NCBI GenBank assembly: GCA_963749075.1
Contig: CAVVLJ010000016.1
Location: 992,001-1,056,000 of the forward strand
Direction of reading: 5' to 3'
Length of the DNA stretch: 64,000 nt
Source: an uncultured Pseudomonadota bacterium
Lineage (GTDB): Bacteria; Pseudomonadota; Alphaproteobacteria; JACZXZ01
Shown here: in pieces, positions 18,849-30,054 of the stretch
How the letters are laid out: each line of letters begins with the position of its first letter
Numbering within the stretch: position 1 is the first letter of the stretch
Position numbers and translations under genes: made by a program
Notes under the pieces: generated by a model
What the model saw: the letters and a program-made list of their open reading frames with translations, nothing else
Told to the model about the DNA's origin: nothing
Databases searched by the model: none

Positions 18849-21800
18849 ATGCCGCACGCCGATTTCGTCCATCTCCGGGTCCACTCGGCCTATTCGCTCT
18901 CCGAGGGCGCCATCAAGATCAAGGCGCTCGTCGAGCTCGCCCGGCAGCACGGCATGCCCGCCGTGGCGATCGCCGACAGCGGCAACCTCTTCGGCGCGCT
19001 CGAGTTCGCCCAGGCCGCCGAGGCCGGCGGCATCCAGCCGATCATCGGCTGCCAGCTTGCCCTCTCCCGCGAGGAGCGCGAGCCGCGCAACGGGGGACCT
19101 GCGGCCAAGCCCGACCAGCTCGTGCTCCTGGCCAAGGATGAGACCGGCTACCGCTCGCTCCTCAAGCTGGTGAGCAAATCCTTCCTCGAGACGCCGGGCG
19201 GCGAGGCGCCGCAGCTCGCGCTCGCCGAGCTCGAGGCCGGCAATGCGGGCCTCATAGCACTTACGGGCGGTGCCGCGGGGCCGGTCGGCCGTCTCCTCGG
19301 CGACGGCCAGGCGCCGGCTGCCGAGGCCATATTGCTGCGCCTCGCCAAATGCATGGGCGACCGTCTTTACGTCGAATTGCAGCGCCACGGCATGGCGAGC
19401 GAGGAGCGCATCGAGGCGGCGCTCATCGACCTCGCCTATCGCCACGGCATTCCGCTCGTCGCCACCAACGAGGCCTTCTTCGCCGACGAGAGCATGTTCG
19501 AGGCGCACGACGCGCTCCTCTGCATCGCCGAGGGAAGCTACGTGACCGACGCCGAGCGCCGCCGCTTGACGCCCGAGCATCGCTTCAAGTCCGCGGCGGA
19601 GATGAAGCGGCTCTTCGCCGATCTTCCCGAGGCGATCGCCAACACGCTCGTCATCGCCCGGCGCTGCGCGTTCTACCCGGCGACGCGCAAACCCATCCTG
19701 CCGCGTTTCGAGACGCCCGGCGGGATTTCCGAGGCCGAGGAGCTCAAGCGCCAGGCCGAAGAGGGCCTCGAGCGCCGCCTCGCGGCGCGAGTGCTGACGG
19801 AAGCCAAGAGTGCGGCCGAGCGCGAGGCTGCAGCACGGCCCTACCGCGAGCGCCTGCGCTACGAGCTCGGGGTGATCAGCCAGATGGGCTTCGCCGGCTA
19901 CTTCCTCATCGTCGCGGACTTCATCCAATGGGCCAAGGCGCACGGCATCCCGGTGGGGCCGGGGCGGGGCTCGGGCGCCGGCTCCGTGGTCGCCTGGTCG
20001 CTGACGATTACCGATCTCGATCCCTTGCGTTGGGGCCTTCTCTTCGAGCGCTTTCTCAACCCCGAGCGCGTCTCCATGCCCGACTTCGACGTCGACTTCT
20101 GCCCGGAGGGGCGCGATGAGGTCATCCATCACGTGCAGGAGAAATACGGCCGCGACCGCGTCGCCCAGATCATCACCTTCGGCAAGCTGCAGGCGCGCGC
20201 GGTCCTGCGCGACGTGGGCCGCGTGCTGCAGATGCCCTACGGCCAGGTCGACCGCATCTGCAAGATGGTGCCCAACAACCCGGCCAACCCGGTGAGCCTG
20301 CAGCAGGCCATCGACGGCGAGCCGCTCCTCCAGGACATGCGGCGCGAGGACGAGACGGTCGCCCGTCTCATCGACATCGCCCTCAAGCTCGAGGGCCTCT
20401 ACCGCCATGCCTCGACCCATGCCGGCGGCGTCGTCATCGGCGACCGGCCGCTCGACGAGCTCATCCCGCTCTACCGCGATCCGCGCTCCGAGATGCCGGT
20501 CACCCAGTTCAACATGAAATGGGTCGAAGCCGCCGGTCTGGTGAAGCTCGATTTCCTCGGGCTCAAGACCCTGAGCGTCTTGGTGTCCGCCGAGCGGTTG
20601 CTGCGTCAACGAAAGATAGACATCGATCTCAACAACTTGCCGCTCGACGATCGAGCGACGTTTGAAATGCTGAGCCGCGGCGATTCGACCGGGGTGTTCC
20701 AGCTTGAAGGATCGGGCATGCGCGACGTCTTGCGCAAGCTCAAGCCCGCCCGCTTCGAGGACATCATCGCCGTGGTGGCGCTCTACCGGCCCGGGCCGAT
20801 GGACGACATCCCGAAATACATCAACGTCAAGAACGGCACGGAGGCCCCCGACTATCTGCATCCCGCACTCGAGCCGATCCTGCGCGAGACCTTCGGCATC
20901 ATGGTCTATCAGGAGCAGGTGATGCAGATTGCCCAAGAGCTCTCCGGCTACAGCCTGGGGAAGGCCGATCTCCTGCGCCGTGCCATGGGCAAGAAGATCA
21001 AGTCCGAGATGGAAGCGCAGCGCAAAGGCTTCATCGACGGGGCCATGGCGCGCGGCGTGGACGCGGCCCAGGCGGCCGGCATCTTCGACAAGGTCGCCAA
21101 GTTCGCCGGCTACGGCTTCAACAAATGCCACGCGGCACCCTATGCGCTGATCGCCTACCAGACCGCCTATCTCAAGGCCAATTATCCCGTCGAGTTCTTC
21201 GCCGCCTCGATGACCTACGAGCTCGGGAACACCGACAAACTCAACATATTCCGCCAGGAATTGCAGCGACTTGGCATCGCTCTCCTGGCGCCGGACATCA
21301 ACCGCTCCGAGGCGGCCTTCGCGGTCGAGGAGGCGGCGGGCGGCGGCATCGCGATCCGCTATGCGCTTGCCGCACTCAAGGGCGTCGGGGCCGCGGCCAT
21401 GGCAAGCCTGGTCGCCGAGCGCCGCGCCCGCGGGCCGTTCCGCTCGCTCGCGGACTTTGCCGAACGGCTCGACTCGCGCATCCTCAACAAGCGCCAGCTC
21501 GAGAGCCTCGCCGCGGCGGGCGCCTTCGACGCCCTGACCGCGAACCGCCGCCAGGTCTTCGAGGCGGTCGAGCAGATCGTGCGCCATGCCGGCAAGGCCA
21601 GCGAGGAGCGCACCAGCCACCAGACCTCGCTCTTCGCCACCCTGGCCGGCGAGGGTGCCGCCGAGGCGGCCCCGGCGCTGGCGCTCCCGGCCGTGCCGGA
21701 CTGGCCGCCCATGGAGCGGCTCAAGCGCGAATTCGACGCCGTCGGCTTCTATCTCTCGGCCCATCCGCTCGACGCCTACGGCAAGACGCTGGATCGCCTC

Positions 21801-22331
21801 GGCGTCATCAAGGCGGCCGATGCGGCGCGCCGCCTCGCCGACGGCCGCTTGAGCCGCGTGCGCCTCGCCGGCACCCCGATCGGCAAGCAGGAGCGCACCT
21901 CGGCGCGCGGCAACCGTTTCGCCTTCGTGCAGCTCTCCGACACCAGCGGCGTCTTCGAGGTGACCGTCTTCTCGGAGCTGCTCTCCGCCGCGCGCGAGCT
22001 CATCGACCGGGGGGCGGCACTCCTCATCGCCGCTGACGGCCGCGTCGAGGCGGACCAGGTGCGCTACACCGCCCAGTCGATCGAGCCCCTCGACAAGGCG
22101 GCCGAGAGCGTGGGTGCCTCCTTGCGCATCTACGTCAACGACGCCGACCCGCTCGTCCCCTTGCGCCAGCTCCTCGCGCGCGAGCGCAAGGGCAAGGGCC
22201 GCATCTGGCTCGTGGCACTGGCAGCCGGCCGCGAGATCGAGATCGCACTCGACGGCCGCTTCGGCTGCTCGCCCCAGCTCCGCCAGGCGATCCGCGCGCT
22301 CCCGGGCATCGTCGAGGTCGAGGAGGTGTGA
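18849..22331 (+). CDS. dnaE: DNA polymerase III alpha subunit
   Basis: PHP domain FVHLRVHSAYS; GPGRGSGAGS; ERVSMPDFDVDF; GYGFNKCHA; C-terminal OB fold. Confidence 0.98.
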   Translation: MPHADFVHLRVHSAYSLSEGAIKIKALVELARQHGMPAVAIADSGNLFGALEFAQAAEAGGIQPIIGCQLALSREEREPRNGGPAAKPDQLVLLAKDETGYRSLLKLVSKSFLETPGGEAPQLALAELEAGNAGLIALTGGAAGPVGRLLGDGQAPAAEAILLRLAKCMGDRLYVELQRHGMASEERIEAALIDLAYRHGIPLVATNEAFFADESMFEAHDALLCIAEGSYVTDAERRRLTPEHRFKSAAEMKRLFADLPEAIANTLVIARRCAFYPATRKPILPRFETPGGISEAEELKRQAEEGLERRLAARVLTEAKSAAEREAAARPYRERLRYELGVISQMGFAGYFLIVADFIQWAKAHGIPVGPGRGSGAGSVVAWSLTITDLDPLRWGLLFERFLNPERVSMPDFDVDFCPEGRDEVIHHVQEKYGRDRVAQIITFGKLQARAVLRDVGRVLQMPYGQVDRICKMVPNNPANPVSLQQAIDGEPLLQDMRREDETVARLIDIALKLEGLYRHASTHAGGVVIGDRPLDELIPLYRDPRSEMPVTQFNMKWVEAAGLVKLDFLGLKTLSVLVSAERLLRQRKIDIDLNNLPLDDRATFEMLSRGDSTGVFQLEGSGMRDVLRKLKPARFEDIIAVVALYRPGPMDDIPKYINVKNGTEAPDYLHPALEPILRETFGIMVYQEQVMQIAQELSGYSLGKADLLRRAMGKKIKSEMEAQRKGFIDGAMARGVDAAQAAGIFDKVAKFAGYGFNKCHAAPYALIAYQTAYLKANYPVEFFAASMTYELGNTDKLNIFRQELQRLGIALLAPDINRSEAAFAVEEAAGGGIAIRYALAALKGVGAAAMASLVAERRARGPFRSLADFAERLDSRILNKRQLESLAAAGAFDALTANRRQVFEAVEQIVRHAGKASEERTSHQTSLFATLAGEGAAEAAPALALPAVPDWPPMERLKREFDAVGFYLSAHPLDAYGKTLDRLGVIKAADAARRLADGRLSRVRLAGTPIGKQERTSARGNRFAFVQLSDTSGVFEVTVFSELLSAARELIDRGAALLIAADGRVEADQVRYTAQSIEPLDKAAESVGASLRIYVNDADPLVPLRQLLARERKGKGRIWLVALAAGREIEIALDGRFGCSPQLRQAIRALPGIVEVEEV

Positions 22332-22393
22332 TATTCGTCACAGCGCGGCAGCGCGTGAGCGCCCGCGCGCCCGGTCCTCTTTCCGGTTTTGCC

Positions 22394-22422
22394 TTGCATT
22401 CGCGGGCGTTCGGCGCTATCTA
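22394..22422 (+). promoter_or_regulatory. Sigma70-type promoter of rpsB-tsf
   Basis: TTGCAT-N17-TATCTA. Confidence 0.65.
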
Positions 22423-22429
22423 GCAGCCG

Positions 22430-22563
22430 CTCAATCCACACGCGGGCACGCGGTCGCACGGGGAGAAATCCCGGGCGCTCGCTCCGGTGGCCGGCCTTGA
22501 GCCCGAGGAGGGCGAGGCCGGCCTCAAAGGCTCGCGGCGGCATAACCGGAAAAGGACGCGAAA
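22430..22563 (+). promoter_or_regulatory. Structured rpsB 5' leader (t44-like S2 autoregulatory element)
   Basis: CACACGCG...CCGGTG-hairpin...GGCATAACCGGAAAAGGA layout between promoter and rpsB start. Confidence 0.6.
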
Positions 22564-23409
22564 ATGGCGATACCGACGTTCTCCATGCGCCAGCTGCTCG
22601 AGGCTGGCGTGCACTTCGGCCACCAGACCCGGCGCTGGAATCCGAAGATGGCACCCTACCTCTTCGGGGTGCGCAACAACATTCACATCATCGATCTGCA
22701 GCACACGGTGCCGCTCCTCTATCGCGCCCTTCAGGTGGTGCGCGATGCGGCGGCCAACAACGGCCGCGTGCTCTTCGTGGGCACCAAGCGCCAGGCGGCC
22801 AACATCGTCGCCGAGGAGGCCAAGCGCTGCGGCCAGTACTACGTCAATCACCGCTGGCTCGGCGGCATGCTGACCAATTGGAAGACCATCTCCCAATCGA
22901 TCAAGCGCCTGCGCGGGCTCGACGAGGATCTGGCCCATGAGAGCCTCGGCCGCACCAAGAAGGAGCTGCTCAACCTGACGCGCGAGCGCGACAAGTACGA
23001 GCGGGCCTTGGGCGGCATCAAGGAGATGGGCGGGCTGCCGGATCTGCTCTTCGTGATCGACACCAACAAGGAGGCGATCGCCGTCGCCGAAGCGCGCAAG
23101 CTCGGCATCCCCGTGGTTGCCGTGGTCGACAGCAACTCCAACCCGGACGGCATCGACTATCCGATCCCGGGCAACGACGACAGCCAGCGCGCGATCCGCA
23201 TCTATTGCGAGCTCGTCGCCGGCGCCGTGCTCGACGGTTTGCAGGAGCAGCTCGTCAAGTCCGGGGTGGACATCGGCGCCGGTGCCGAGAGCCCGGTCGA
23301 GCAGCTGCCGGCCGCCGGCGGCGAGGCGGACGCGGCTGCGGCCGGGCCTGCCGCGGCCGCGGCGCTCGGCGAGGCGGAGGCTTTCGTCGGGACCCCCGCA
23401 GGGGAGTGA
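22564..23409 (+). CDS. rpsB: 30S ribosomal protein S2
   Basis: [26 protein letters not shown] motifs. Confidence 0.99.
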   Translation: MAIPTFSMRQLLEAGVHFGHQTRRWNPKMAPYLFGVRNNIHIIDLQHTVPLLYRALQVVRDAAANNGRVLFVGTKRQAANIVAEEAKRCGQYYVNHRWLGGMLTNWKTISQSIKRLRGLDEDLAHESLGRTKKELLNLTRERDKYERALGGIKEMGGLPDLLFVIDTNKEAIAVAEARKLGIPVVAVVDSNSNPDGIDYPIPGNDDSQRAIRIYCELVAGAVLDGLQEQLVKSGVDIGAGAESPVEQLPAAGGEADAAAAGPAAAAALGEAEAFVGTPAGE

Positions 23410-23475
23410 GACTTGCGGCAGAAAGCTCGATAAAACAATCACTATCAGAGTAAAGCTCGCGTGAAAGGTGAAGCC

Positions 23476-24396
23476 ATGGCGGAGATCAGCGCAGCACTCG
23501 TCAAGGAACTGCGCGAGAAGACCGGCGCCGGCATGATGGATTGCAAGAAGGCGCTGGCGGAGAGCGGCGGCGCGCTCGAGCCGGCGGTCGACTGGCTGCG
23601 CAAGAAGGGCCTCGCTGCGGCGGCCAAGAAGGCCGGGCGGGTCGCCTCCGAGGGCCTCGTGGGCGTTGCGCTCAAGGGCGCTCAAGGCGCCCTCGTCGAG
23701 GTCAATGCCGAGACCGATTTCGTGGCGCGCAACGAGACCTTCCAGGCATTTGCCCGGGCCGTCGCCGAGCTTGCGTTTGCGGCGCGGGGCGACCTCGAGG
23801 CCGTGAAGCGGGCGAAGATGGCGAGCGGCCGCAGCGTGGAGGAGGAGCTCACCCACCTGATTTCGACCATCGGGGAGAACATGGGCCTGCGCCGCGCCGC
23901 CTTCCTCGAGGTGAAGGAGGGGGTCGTCGCCAGCTACATCCACAACCAGGCCTCGCCCGGCCTCGGCCGCCTGGGCGTGCTGGTGGCGCTCGAGAGCAAG
24001 GCGCCGGCCGAGAAGCTGATGCCGTTGGGCCGCCAGCTCGCCATGCAGGTCGCGGCCTCGAACCCGCAGTCGCTCGAGGTCGGCGCTCTCGATGCCGCCC
24101 TCGTCGCGCGCGAGCGCGAGGTGCTGGGCGAGCAGGCGCGGGCCAGCGGCAAGGCGGAGGACATCGTCCAGAAGATGGTCGAGGGGCGGCTCAGGAAGTT
24201 CTATCAGGAGGTCGTTCTCCTCGAGCAGGACTTCGTGCACGAGCCCGGCACCTCGGTCGGCAAGGCGCTCCAGGAGGCTGGCAAGGCGCTCGGCGCCCCG
24301 GTCCGCATAACCGGCTATCTCCGCTTTGCCCTCGGCGAGGGCATCGAGAAGAAGGCGAGCAATTTCGCGGAGGAGGTGGCCGAGCTTACCCGCTGA
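23476..24396 (+). CDS. tsf: Elongation factor Ts
   Basis: [19 protein letters not shown] and [10 protein letters not shown] motifs. Confidence 0.99.
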   Translation: MAEISAALVKELREKTGAGMMDCKKALAESGGALEPAVDWLRKKGLAAAAKKAGRVASEGLVGVALKGAQGALVEVNAETDFVARNETFQAFARAVAELAFAARGDLEAVKRAKMASGRSVEEELTHLISTIGENMGLRRAAFLEVKEGVVASYIHNQASPGLGRLGVLVALESKAPAEKLMPLGRQLAMQVAASNPQSLEVGALDAALVAREREVLGEQARASGKAEDIVQKMVEGRLRKFYQEVVLLEQDFVHEPGTSVGKALQEAGKALGAPVRITGYLRFALGEGIEKKASNFAEEVAELTR

Positions 24397-24641
24397 GGGG
24401 CCGGCCCGCCACGCCTGCGCTTGCCGCCGCCGCCGGGGAGATTTGCCTTGGCGGTGCCAAGGCCTTGAATTTGTTACCGCGGAGCGTTGCTGCTTGGGCT
24501 ATAGTGAGAGAGCGCCGGGTGCGCATCCGGACCAGCGGCCGGCTCCCGTCGGGAGTCCGCGCGGCCGGCCGTCCACGAGGGAAGGGATGGGTTGCTTCGG
24601 CGGGCCGCGAGGCCCGCTCAGAGGAGGATGACCCGCACGCC

Positions 24642-25379
24642 ATGTCGAGCGAACCGCAGCCCCGGACAAGCCTTCGCTATCGGCGAATCCTGCTGAAGAT
24701 CTCGGGCGAGGCGCTCATGGGCGCGCGCGATTACGGGCTCGACTGGGAGACCGTGCGCGGCATCGCCGAGGACATCCGCTCGGTCCATGCCTTGGGCGTG
24801 GAGCTCTCCCTCGTGATCGGCGGCGGCAACATTTTCCGCGGGCTCGAGGGCAGCGTGGGCGGCATGGAGCGCGCCGGGGCCGACTATATCGGCATGCTGG
24901 CTACCGTGATGAACGCGCTCGCCATGCAGAACGCGCTGGAGGGGCTCGCGGTCGACACCCGCGTGGTCTCGGCCATCCCCATGCAGACCGTGTGCGAGCC
25001 CTACATCCGGCGTCGGGCACTGCGCCATCTCGAGAAGGGCCGGGTGGTGATCTTCGCGGCCGGCACGGGCAATCCTTTCTTCACCACCGACACGGCGGCG
25101 GCGCTGCGCGCCTCGGAGATGGGCTGCGACGTGCTGCTCAAGGGCACCAAGGTCGACGGCGTCTATTCCGCCGACCCCAACAAGGTGGCCGGCGCCGTGC
25201 GCTACGAGCGCCTCACCTACCTCGAGGTGCTGTCGCGCGATCTCAAGGTCATGGATGCCTCGGCGATCTCGCTGACGCGTGAAAATCGCATTCCCATCCT
25301 GGTGTTTTCGCTGCACAATCCCGGCGCTTTTGCCGATGTGGTGCAGGGCCGGGGCCGCTTCACGCTGATCAGCGACTAG
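24642..25379 (+). CDS. pyrH: UMP kinase
   Basis: [27 protein letters not shown] motifs. Confidence 0.98.
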   Translation: MSSEPQPRTSLRYRRILLKISGEALMGARDYGLDWETVRGIAEDIRSVHALGVELSLVIGGGNIFRGLEGSVGGMERAGADYIGMLATVMNALAMQNALEGLAVDTRVVSAIPMQTVCEPYIRRRALRHLEKGRVVIFAAGTGNPFFTTDTAAALRASEMGCDVLLKGTKVDGVYSADPNKVAGAVRYERLTYLEVLSRDLKVMDASAISLTRENRIPILVFSLHNPGAFADVVQGRGRFTLISD

Positions 25380-25415
25380 GCGGCCGGCGGCTCGGGCAAG
25401 CAGCAGGGACAAGCC

Positions 25416-25973
25416 GTGAGCGAACATGACATCAGCAACCTGAAGCGGCGCATGGACGGAGCGATCGAGGTGCTGCGCAAGGAGCTCGGCGGCCTCAGGA
25501 CCGGCCGCGCCTCCGTGAATCTGCTCGAGCCGATCCAGGTCAGCGCCTACGGCTCGGCGCTGCCGCTCAACCAGGTCGGCACCGTGGGCGTGCCCGAGCC
25601 GCGCCTCGTCACCGTACAGGTGTGGGACAAGACGCTGGTGGGCGCCGTCGACAAGGCCATCCGGGAGTCGGGGCTCGGGCTCAATCCGCAGACCGAGGGC
25701 ACCCTCATCCGCGTGCCCATTCCGGAGCTTTCCCAGGAGCGCCGCCAGGAGCTCTCGAAGGTGGCGCACAAATACGCCGAGCAGGCGCGCATCGCGGTGC
25801 GCAACGTGCGGCGCGACGGCATGGAGCATCTCAAGCGGCAGGAGAAGAGCCACGAGATCTCGCAGGACGATCACCGCCACCGCTCCGACGAGATCCAGAA
25901 GCTGACCGACGGCTACATCAAGCGGATCGACGAGACGCTCGCGCAGAAAGAGAAAGAGATCATGCAGGTGTGA
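25416..25973 (+). CDS. frr: Ribosome recycling factor
   Basis: LRTGRAS and AVRNVRRD motifs; GTG start. Confidence 0.98.
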   Translation: MSEHDISNLKRRMDGAIEVLRKELGGLRTGRASVNLLEPIQVSAYGSALPLNQVGTVGVPEPRLVTVQVWDKTLVGAVDKAIRESGLGLNPQTEGTLIRVPIPELSQERRQELSKVAHKYAEQARIAVRNVRRDGMEHLKRQEKSHEISQDDHRHRSDEIQKLTDGYIKRIDETLAQKEKEIMQV

Positions 25974-26725
25974 TGAGCGAGCCTACCACCATGGACACGG
26001 CCACCTCAACGTCCGCGGCTTCGCCGCCGCCGCTTCATGTCGCCATCGTGATGGACGGCAACGGGCGCTGGGCCAAGCTGCGCGGGTTGCCGCGCACGGC
26101 GGGCCACCGGCGCGGCGCCGACGCCGTGCGCCGGGCGGTGCAGAGCGCCTTGGAGCTCGGGGTCGGCTATCTGACGCTCTTCGGCTTCTCGTCCGAGAAT
26201 TGGCGCCGCCCGCCGGCCGAGGTCCACGACCTCATGGCGCTCCTCCGCCTCTATCTGCGCGGCGAGGTGGCCGAGCTGCACGGCAACGGCGTGCGCCTCA
26301 GCGTCATCGGCGAGCGTCAGCGCTTATCTCACGACATCGTCGAGCTGATCGAGAGTGCCGAGGCTCTGACGCGCAACAATAGCGCCCTCGTGCTCACCGT
26401 CGCCTTGAGCTACGGCGGCCGGCAGGACGTGGTGCAGGCGGCCCGCAGGCTTGCCGAGGAGGTGCAGCGCGGCCGGCTCAGCCCGGCCGACATCGACGAG
26501 CGGGCCGTGGCGCACCGCCTGTGGACCGGCGAGCTGCCGGATCCCGATCTCGTGATCCGTACCAGCGGAGAGCGCCGGCTGAGCAATTTCCTCCTCTGGC
26601 AGTCGGCCTATGCCGAGTTCGTCTTTCTCGACACGCTGTGGCCGGATTTCTCCAAGGGCGATTTCGAGCGCGCGATCCGGGAGTTCCAAGGCCGTGAACG
26701 CCGCTACGGCGCGAGCCGTGGCTGA
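25973..26725 (+). CDS. uppS: Undecaprenyl diphosphate synthase
   Basis: HVAIVMDGNGRWA, FSSENW, RTSGERRLSNFLLWQ motifs. Confidence 0.97.
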   Translation: MSEPTTMDTATSTSAASPPPLHVAIVMDGNGRWAKLRGLPRTAGHRRGADAVRRAVQSALELGVGYLTLFGFSSENWRRPPAEVHDLMALLRLYLRGEVAELHGNGVRLSVIGERQRLSHDIVELIESAEALTRNNSALVLTVALSYGGRQDVVQAARRLAEEVQRGRLSPADIDERAVAHRLWTGELPDPDLVIRTSGERRLSNFLLWQSAYAEFVFLDTLWPDFSKGDFERAIREFQGRERRYGASRG

Positions 26726-27530
26726 CAGGCGCGCCAACGCCTTGGCCTTGCGCGCCGCCTCGGCCCTGGTGATGGCGCCGCTCGCCGCCGCGGCCGTGCT
26801 GCTCGGGCGGCCGTTCTTCGCAGCACTGGTCGCACTCGCCTGCGCGGCGCTGGCCTGGGAATGGGATCGTCTGTGCGCCGAGGGCCGCTTCGGGCCAACC
26901 GGCTGGCTCCTCCTCGCGGTGACGCTCGCAGGCGTTCTAGCGGCAAGCCTCGGCTATCAAGGCGCTGCAGCGCTCGGCGCCGTGCCAGGGGCACTCCTCG
27001 TCTATGCCGCGGCCAAGGCCGCCGCTGCGAAGAACCCGGCGTGGCACGCGGCCGGGGTGTTCTATCTCGTGGTGCCGAGCGCGGCGCTCCTTTGGCTCTA
27101 TCGCGACTCAGGAGCCTATGCCGTGCTTTGGCTCTTCGCCGTGGTGTGGGCGACGGATATCGGGGCCTTTGCCTGCGGCCGTCTCCTCGGCGGCCCGCGC
27201 CTCGCGCCGCGGCTCAGTCCCAACAAGACGTGGGCCGGGCTCTGCGGCGGACTGCTCGCCGCCGCCGTGGCGGGGGCACTCCTGGCGCCGCTTCTCGGGC
27301 TCTCGGCGAGGGGCTTTCTGGCCGGGCTCAGCGTCTTCGTCTCGCTCGCGGCGCAGGGCGGCGACCTCCTCGAGTTGGCGGTCAAGCGCCATTTCCATGT
27401 CAAGGACATGAGCCGCCTCATCCCCGGCCACGGCGGCCTCTTCGACCGCGTCGACGGCCTCCTCGCGGCAGCGCCGGCTGCGGCGCTCATGCAGCTCCTC
27501 TCGGGCGGGGGCCTGCTCGCATGGCGCTGA
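26718..27530 (+). CDS. cdsA: Phosphatidate cytidylyltransferase
   Basis: SPNKTW and KR-x4-KD-x4-IPGHGGLFDRVD motifs. Confidence 0.95.
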   Translation: MADRRANALALRAASALVMAPLAAAAVLLGRPFFAALVALACAALAWEWDRLCAEGRFGPTGWLLLAVTLAGVLAASLGYQGAAALGAVPGALLVYAAAKAAAAKNPAWHAAGVFYLVVPSAALLWLYRDSGAYAVLWLFAVVWATDIGAFACGRLLGGPRLAPRLSPNKTWAGLCGGLLAAAVAGALLAPLLGLSARGFLAGLSVFVSLAAQGGDLLELAVKRHFHVKDMSRLIPGHGGLFDRVDGLLAAAPAAALMQLLSGGGLLAWR

Positions 27531-27532
27531 GC

Positions 27533-28736
27533 ATGGCCAAGCCCTTGAGCCGCAGCGAGCCGGGGGCGGTGGAGAAGCGCATCACCGTGCTCGGCTCGAC
27601 CGGCTCGGTCGGGCGCAGCACGCTCGATCTCGTCGAGCGCAACCCGGAGCGCTTCGCCGTCGAGGCGCTCACGGCGCGGAGCAATGTCCGCCTGCTTGCC
27701 GAGCAGGCGCTGCGCCACCGGGCGCGCCTCGCGGTGGTGGCCGACGAGGCGCATTACGCGGCGCTCAAGGAGGCGCTCTCCGGAAGCGGGATCGAGGTTG
27801 CGGCGGGCGGCGAGGCGGTGGTCGAGGCGGCGCGCCGGCCGGCGGAATGGGTCATGGCGGCGATCGTGGGCGCCGCCGGCCTCGAGGCGACGCTGGCCGC
27901 GGTCGAGCGCGGCGCCGTGGTCGGGCTCGCCAACAAGGAGACGCTCGTCTGCGCGGGCGACATCGTCATGGAGCGCGTGGCCGCCAACGCCGCCACGCTG
28001 CTGCCGGTCGATTCCGAGCACAGCGCCATCTTTCAGGTCTTCGATTTCGCGCGCGCCGAGGCCGTCGAGCGCATCATCCTGACGGGCTCGGGCGGGCCGT
28101 TCCGCACCATCCATCCCTCCCAGCTCCATTCGGTGACGCCGGCGCAGGCGGTGGCGCATCCCAACTGGTCGATGGGCGCCAAGATCTCCGTCGAACTCGG
28201 CGACCATGATGAACAAGGGTCTCGAGGTGATCGAGGCGTCCTACCTCTTTCCCGTGCCGGCCGAGCGCATCGAGATCGTGGTGCATCCGCAGTCGGTCAT
28301 CCACAGCATGGTCGAATATGTCGACGGCTCGGTGCTCGCCCAGCTCGGCACGCCCGACATGCGCACGCCCATCGCCTACGCGCTGTCCTGGCCGGCGCGC
28401 ATGGCGGCACCCGCCAAGCGTCTCGACTTCGGGGTGCTGTCGGCGCTCACCTTCGAGCCCCCGGACGAGGAGCGCTTCCCCGCACTGCGCCTCGCGCGCG
28501 AGGCCTTGAAAAGCGGCGGCAATAGCCCGACAATTCTCAATGCCGCCAACGAGATCGCGGTCGCGGCGTTCCTCGAGGGCCGCATCCGCTTCCTCGACAT
28601 CGTGCGCACCGTCGAGGAGGTGCTTGGCGCGCTCCCGAATGCGGCGCTTCGCACCCTTGCCGAGGTGCGCGCGGCGGACGCCGCGGCGCGCGAGCGGGCG
28701 CGGCGTTACGTCAGCGCTTTGCCGGGTCCCGGCTAG
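27533..28736 (+). CDS. dxr: 1-deoxy-D-xylulose 5-phosphate reductoisomerase, split by a +1 frameshift at 28194-28195
   Basis: [31 protein letters not shown] in one frame; MMNKGLE, HPQS, NAANE in the next; deleting one A restores KISVDSATMMNK. Confidence 0.95.
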
Positions 28737-28877
28737 TGTTCCTCGCCCGATGGTTCGTTGCGAACCGCCGGCCGGGAAAACCGGCCACACGATCGTGATG
28801 CGCGGCGGGTTCGATACGATGATCGGGAATCGAGCGTCGCATCCGTATTACTAGAGGCGCAGAAGGACGAGCAGCCG

Positions 28878-30011
28878 ATGCATTTCATTGCCAGCAGCCT
28901 GCAGTACATCGTGCCGTTCCTCGTCGTGCTCACCGTGCTGGTGTTCGTGCACGAGATGGGGCATTTCTGGATCGCGCGCCGCAACGGCGTGCGCGTCGAG
29001 GTGTTCTCGATCGGTTTCGGCCCGGAGATCTTCGGCTGGACCGACCGGCACCGGACGCGCTGGAAGATCAGCCTTCTGCCGCTCGGCGGCTATGTGCGCA
29101 TGTTCGGCGATGCCAACGCCATGAGCGCTCCCGAAGAGGGCTTAGCTGAGATGACGGCCGAGGAGCGCCAGGTCTCCTTCCATCACAAGAGCGTGGGCCA
29201 GCGCGCCGCCGTGGTGGCGGCGGGCCCGATCGCCAATTTCCTCCTGGCGATCGTGGTCTTTGCGGCCCTCTTCGCCATCGTCGGCCAGCCCTTCACCTCG
29301 CCCGTCATCGGCCAGGTCGACCCGGGCAGTGCCGCGGCGCGCGCCGGCTTCGAGCCCGGCGACCGCATCGTCTCGATCAACGGCGAGCTCATCGAGCGCT
29401 TCCAGCAGGTCGTCCGCATCGTCGAGATCGGCCTCGGCGAGCCGCTCGCCGTCGAGGTCCTGCGCGGCGACAAGAAGGTGACGCTGCACGCCGTTCCGGA
29501 GGTGATCGAGCACCGCGACAATTTCGGCCATAGCTACCAGATCGGCCGGCTCGGCCTGCGCGCCAAGGGGGTCGAGTACGTCCGCTACGACCCGCTCTCG
29601 GCGCTGTGGCGTGCCACCGAGGAGACGGGAGAGCTCACCTTCGCGACCCTCAAGGCGATCGGGCAGATGATCGTCGGCACGCGCAGCACGGACGAGCTCC
29701 AGGGCCCGATCGGCATCGGCAAGATGGCAGGCGACATGGCCGAGGGCGGCATCGTTCCGACCGCGTGGTTCTTGGGCGTGCTCTCGCTCAACCTCGGCCT
29801 CATCAACATTCTCCCTATTCCCATGCTTGACGGCGGCCATCTGCTGTTCTACGCCCTGGAGGCCGTCCGCCGCCGGCCGCTCGGCCCCCGCATCCAGGAT
29901 TACGGTTTCCGGATCGGCCTCACTCTGGTATTCCTGTTGATGGTCTTCGCGACATGGAACGACCTCGTGCACCTCAAGGTCATCCAGTACGTCGCCGGTC
30001 TGATATCCTGA
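28878..30011 (+). CDS. rseP: RIP metalloprotease RseP
   Basis: HEMGH, FSIGFG, PDZ domain, NILPIPMLDGGH. Confidence 0.96.
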   Translation: MHFIASSLQYIVPFLVVLTVLVFVHEMGHFWIARRNGVRVEVFSIGFGPEIFGWTDRHRTRWKISLLPLGGYVRMFGDANAMSAPEEGLAEMTAEERQVSFHHKSVGQRAAVVAAGPIANFLLAIVVFAALFAIVGQPFTSPVIGQVDPGSAAARAGFEPGDRIVSINGELIERFQQVVRIVEIGLGEPLAVEVLRGDKKVTLHAVPEVIEHRDNFGHSYQIGRLGLRAKGVEYVRYDPLSALWRATEETGELTFATLKAIGQMIVGTRSTDELQGPIGIGKMAGDMAEGGIVPTAWFLGVLSLNLGLINILPIPMLDGGHLLFYALEAVRRRPLGPRIQDYGFRIGLTLVFLLMVFATWNDLVHLKVIQYVAGLIS

Positions 30012-30054
30012 GCGCCGGTTAGAAAGCACGAAGGGGAAAGGCGGGGAGCGGGCG

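Noticed and set aside
28190-28210. Programmed ribosomal frameshift in dxr
   Set aside because: There is no slippery heptamer or homopolymer; a single inserted base in a GANTC site explains it more simply.
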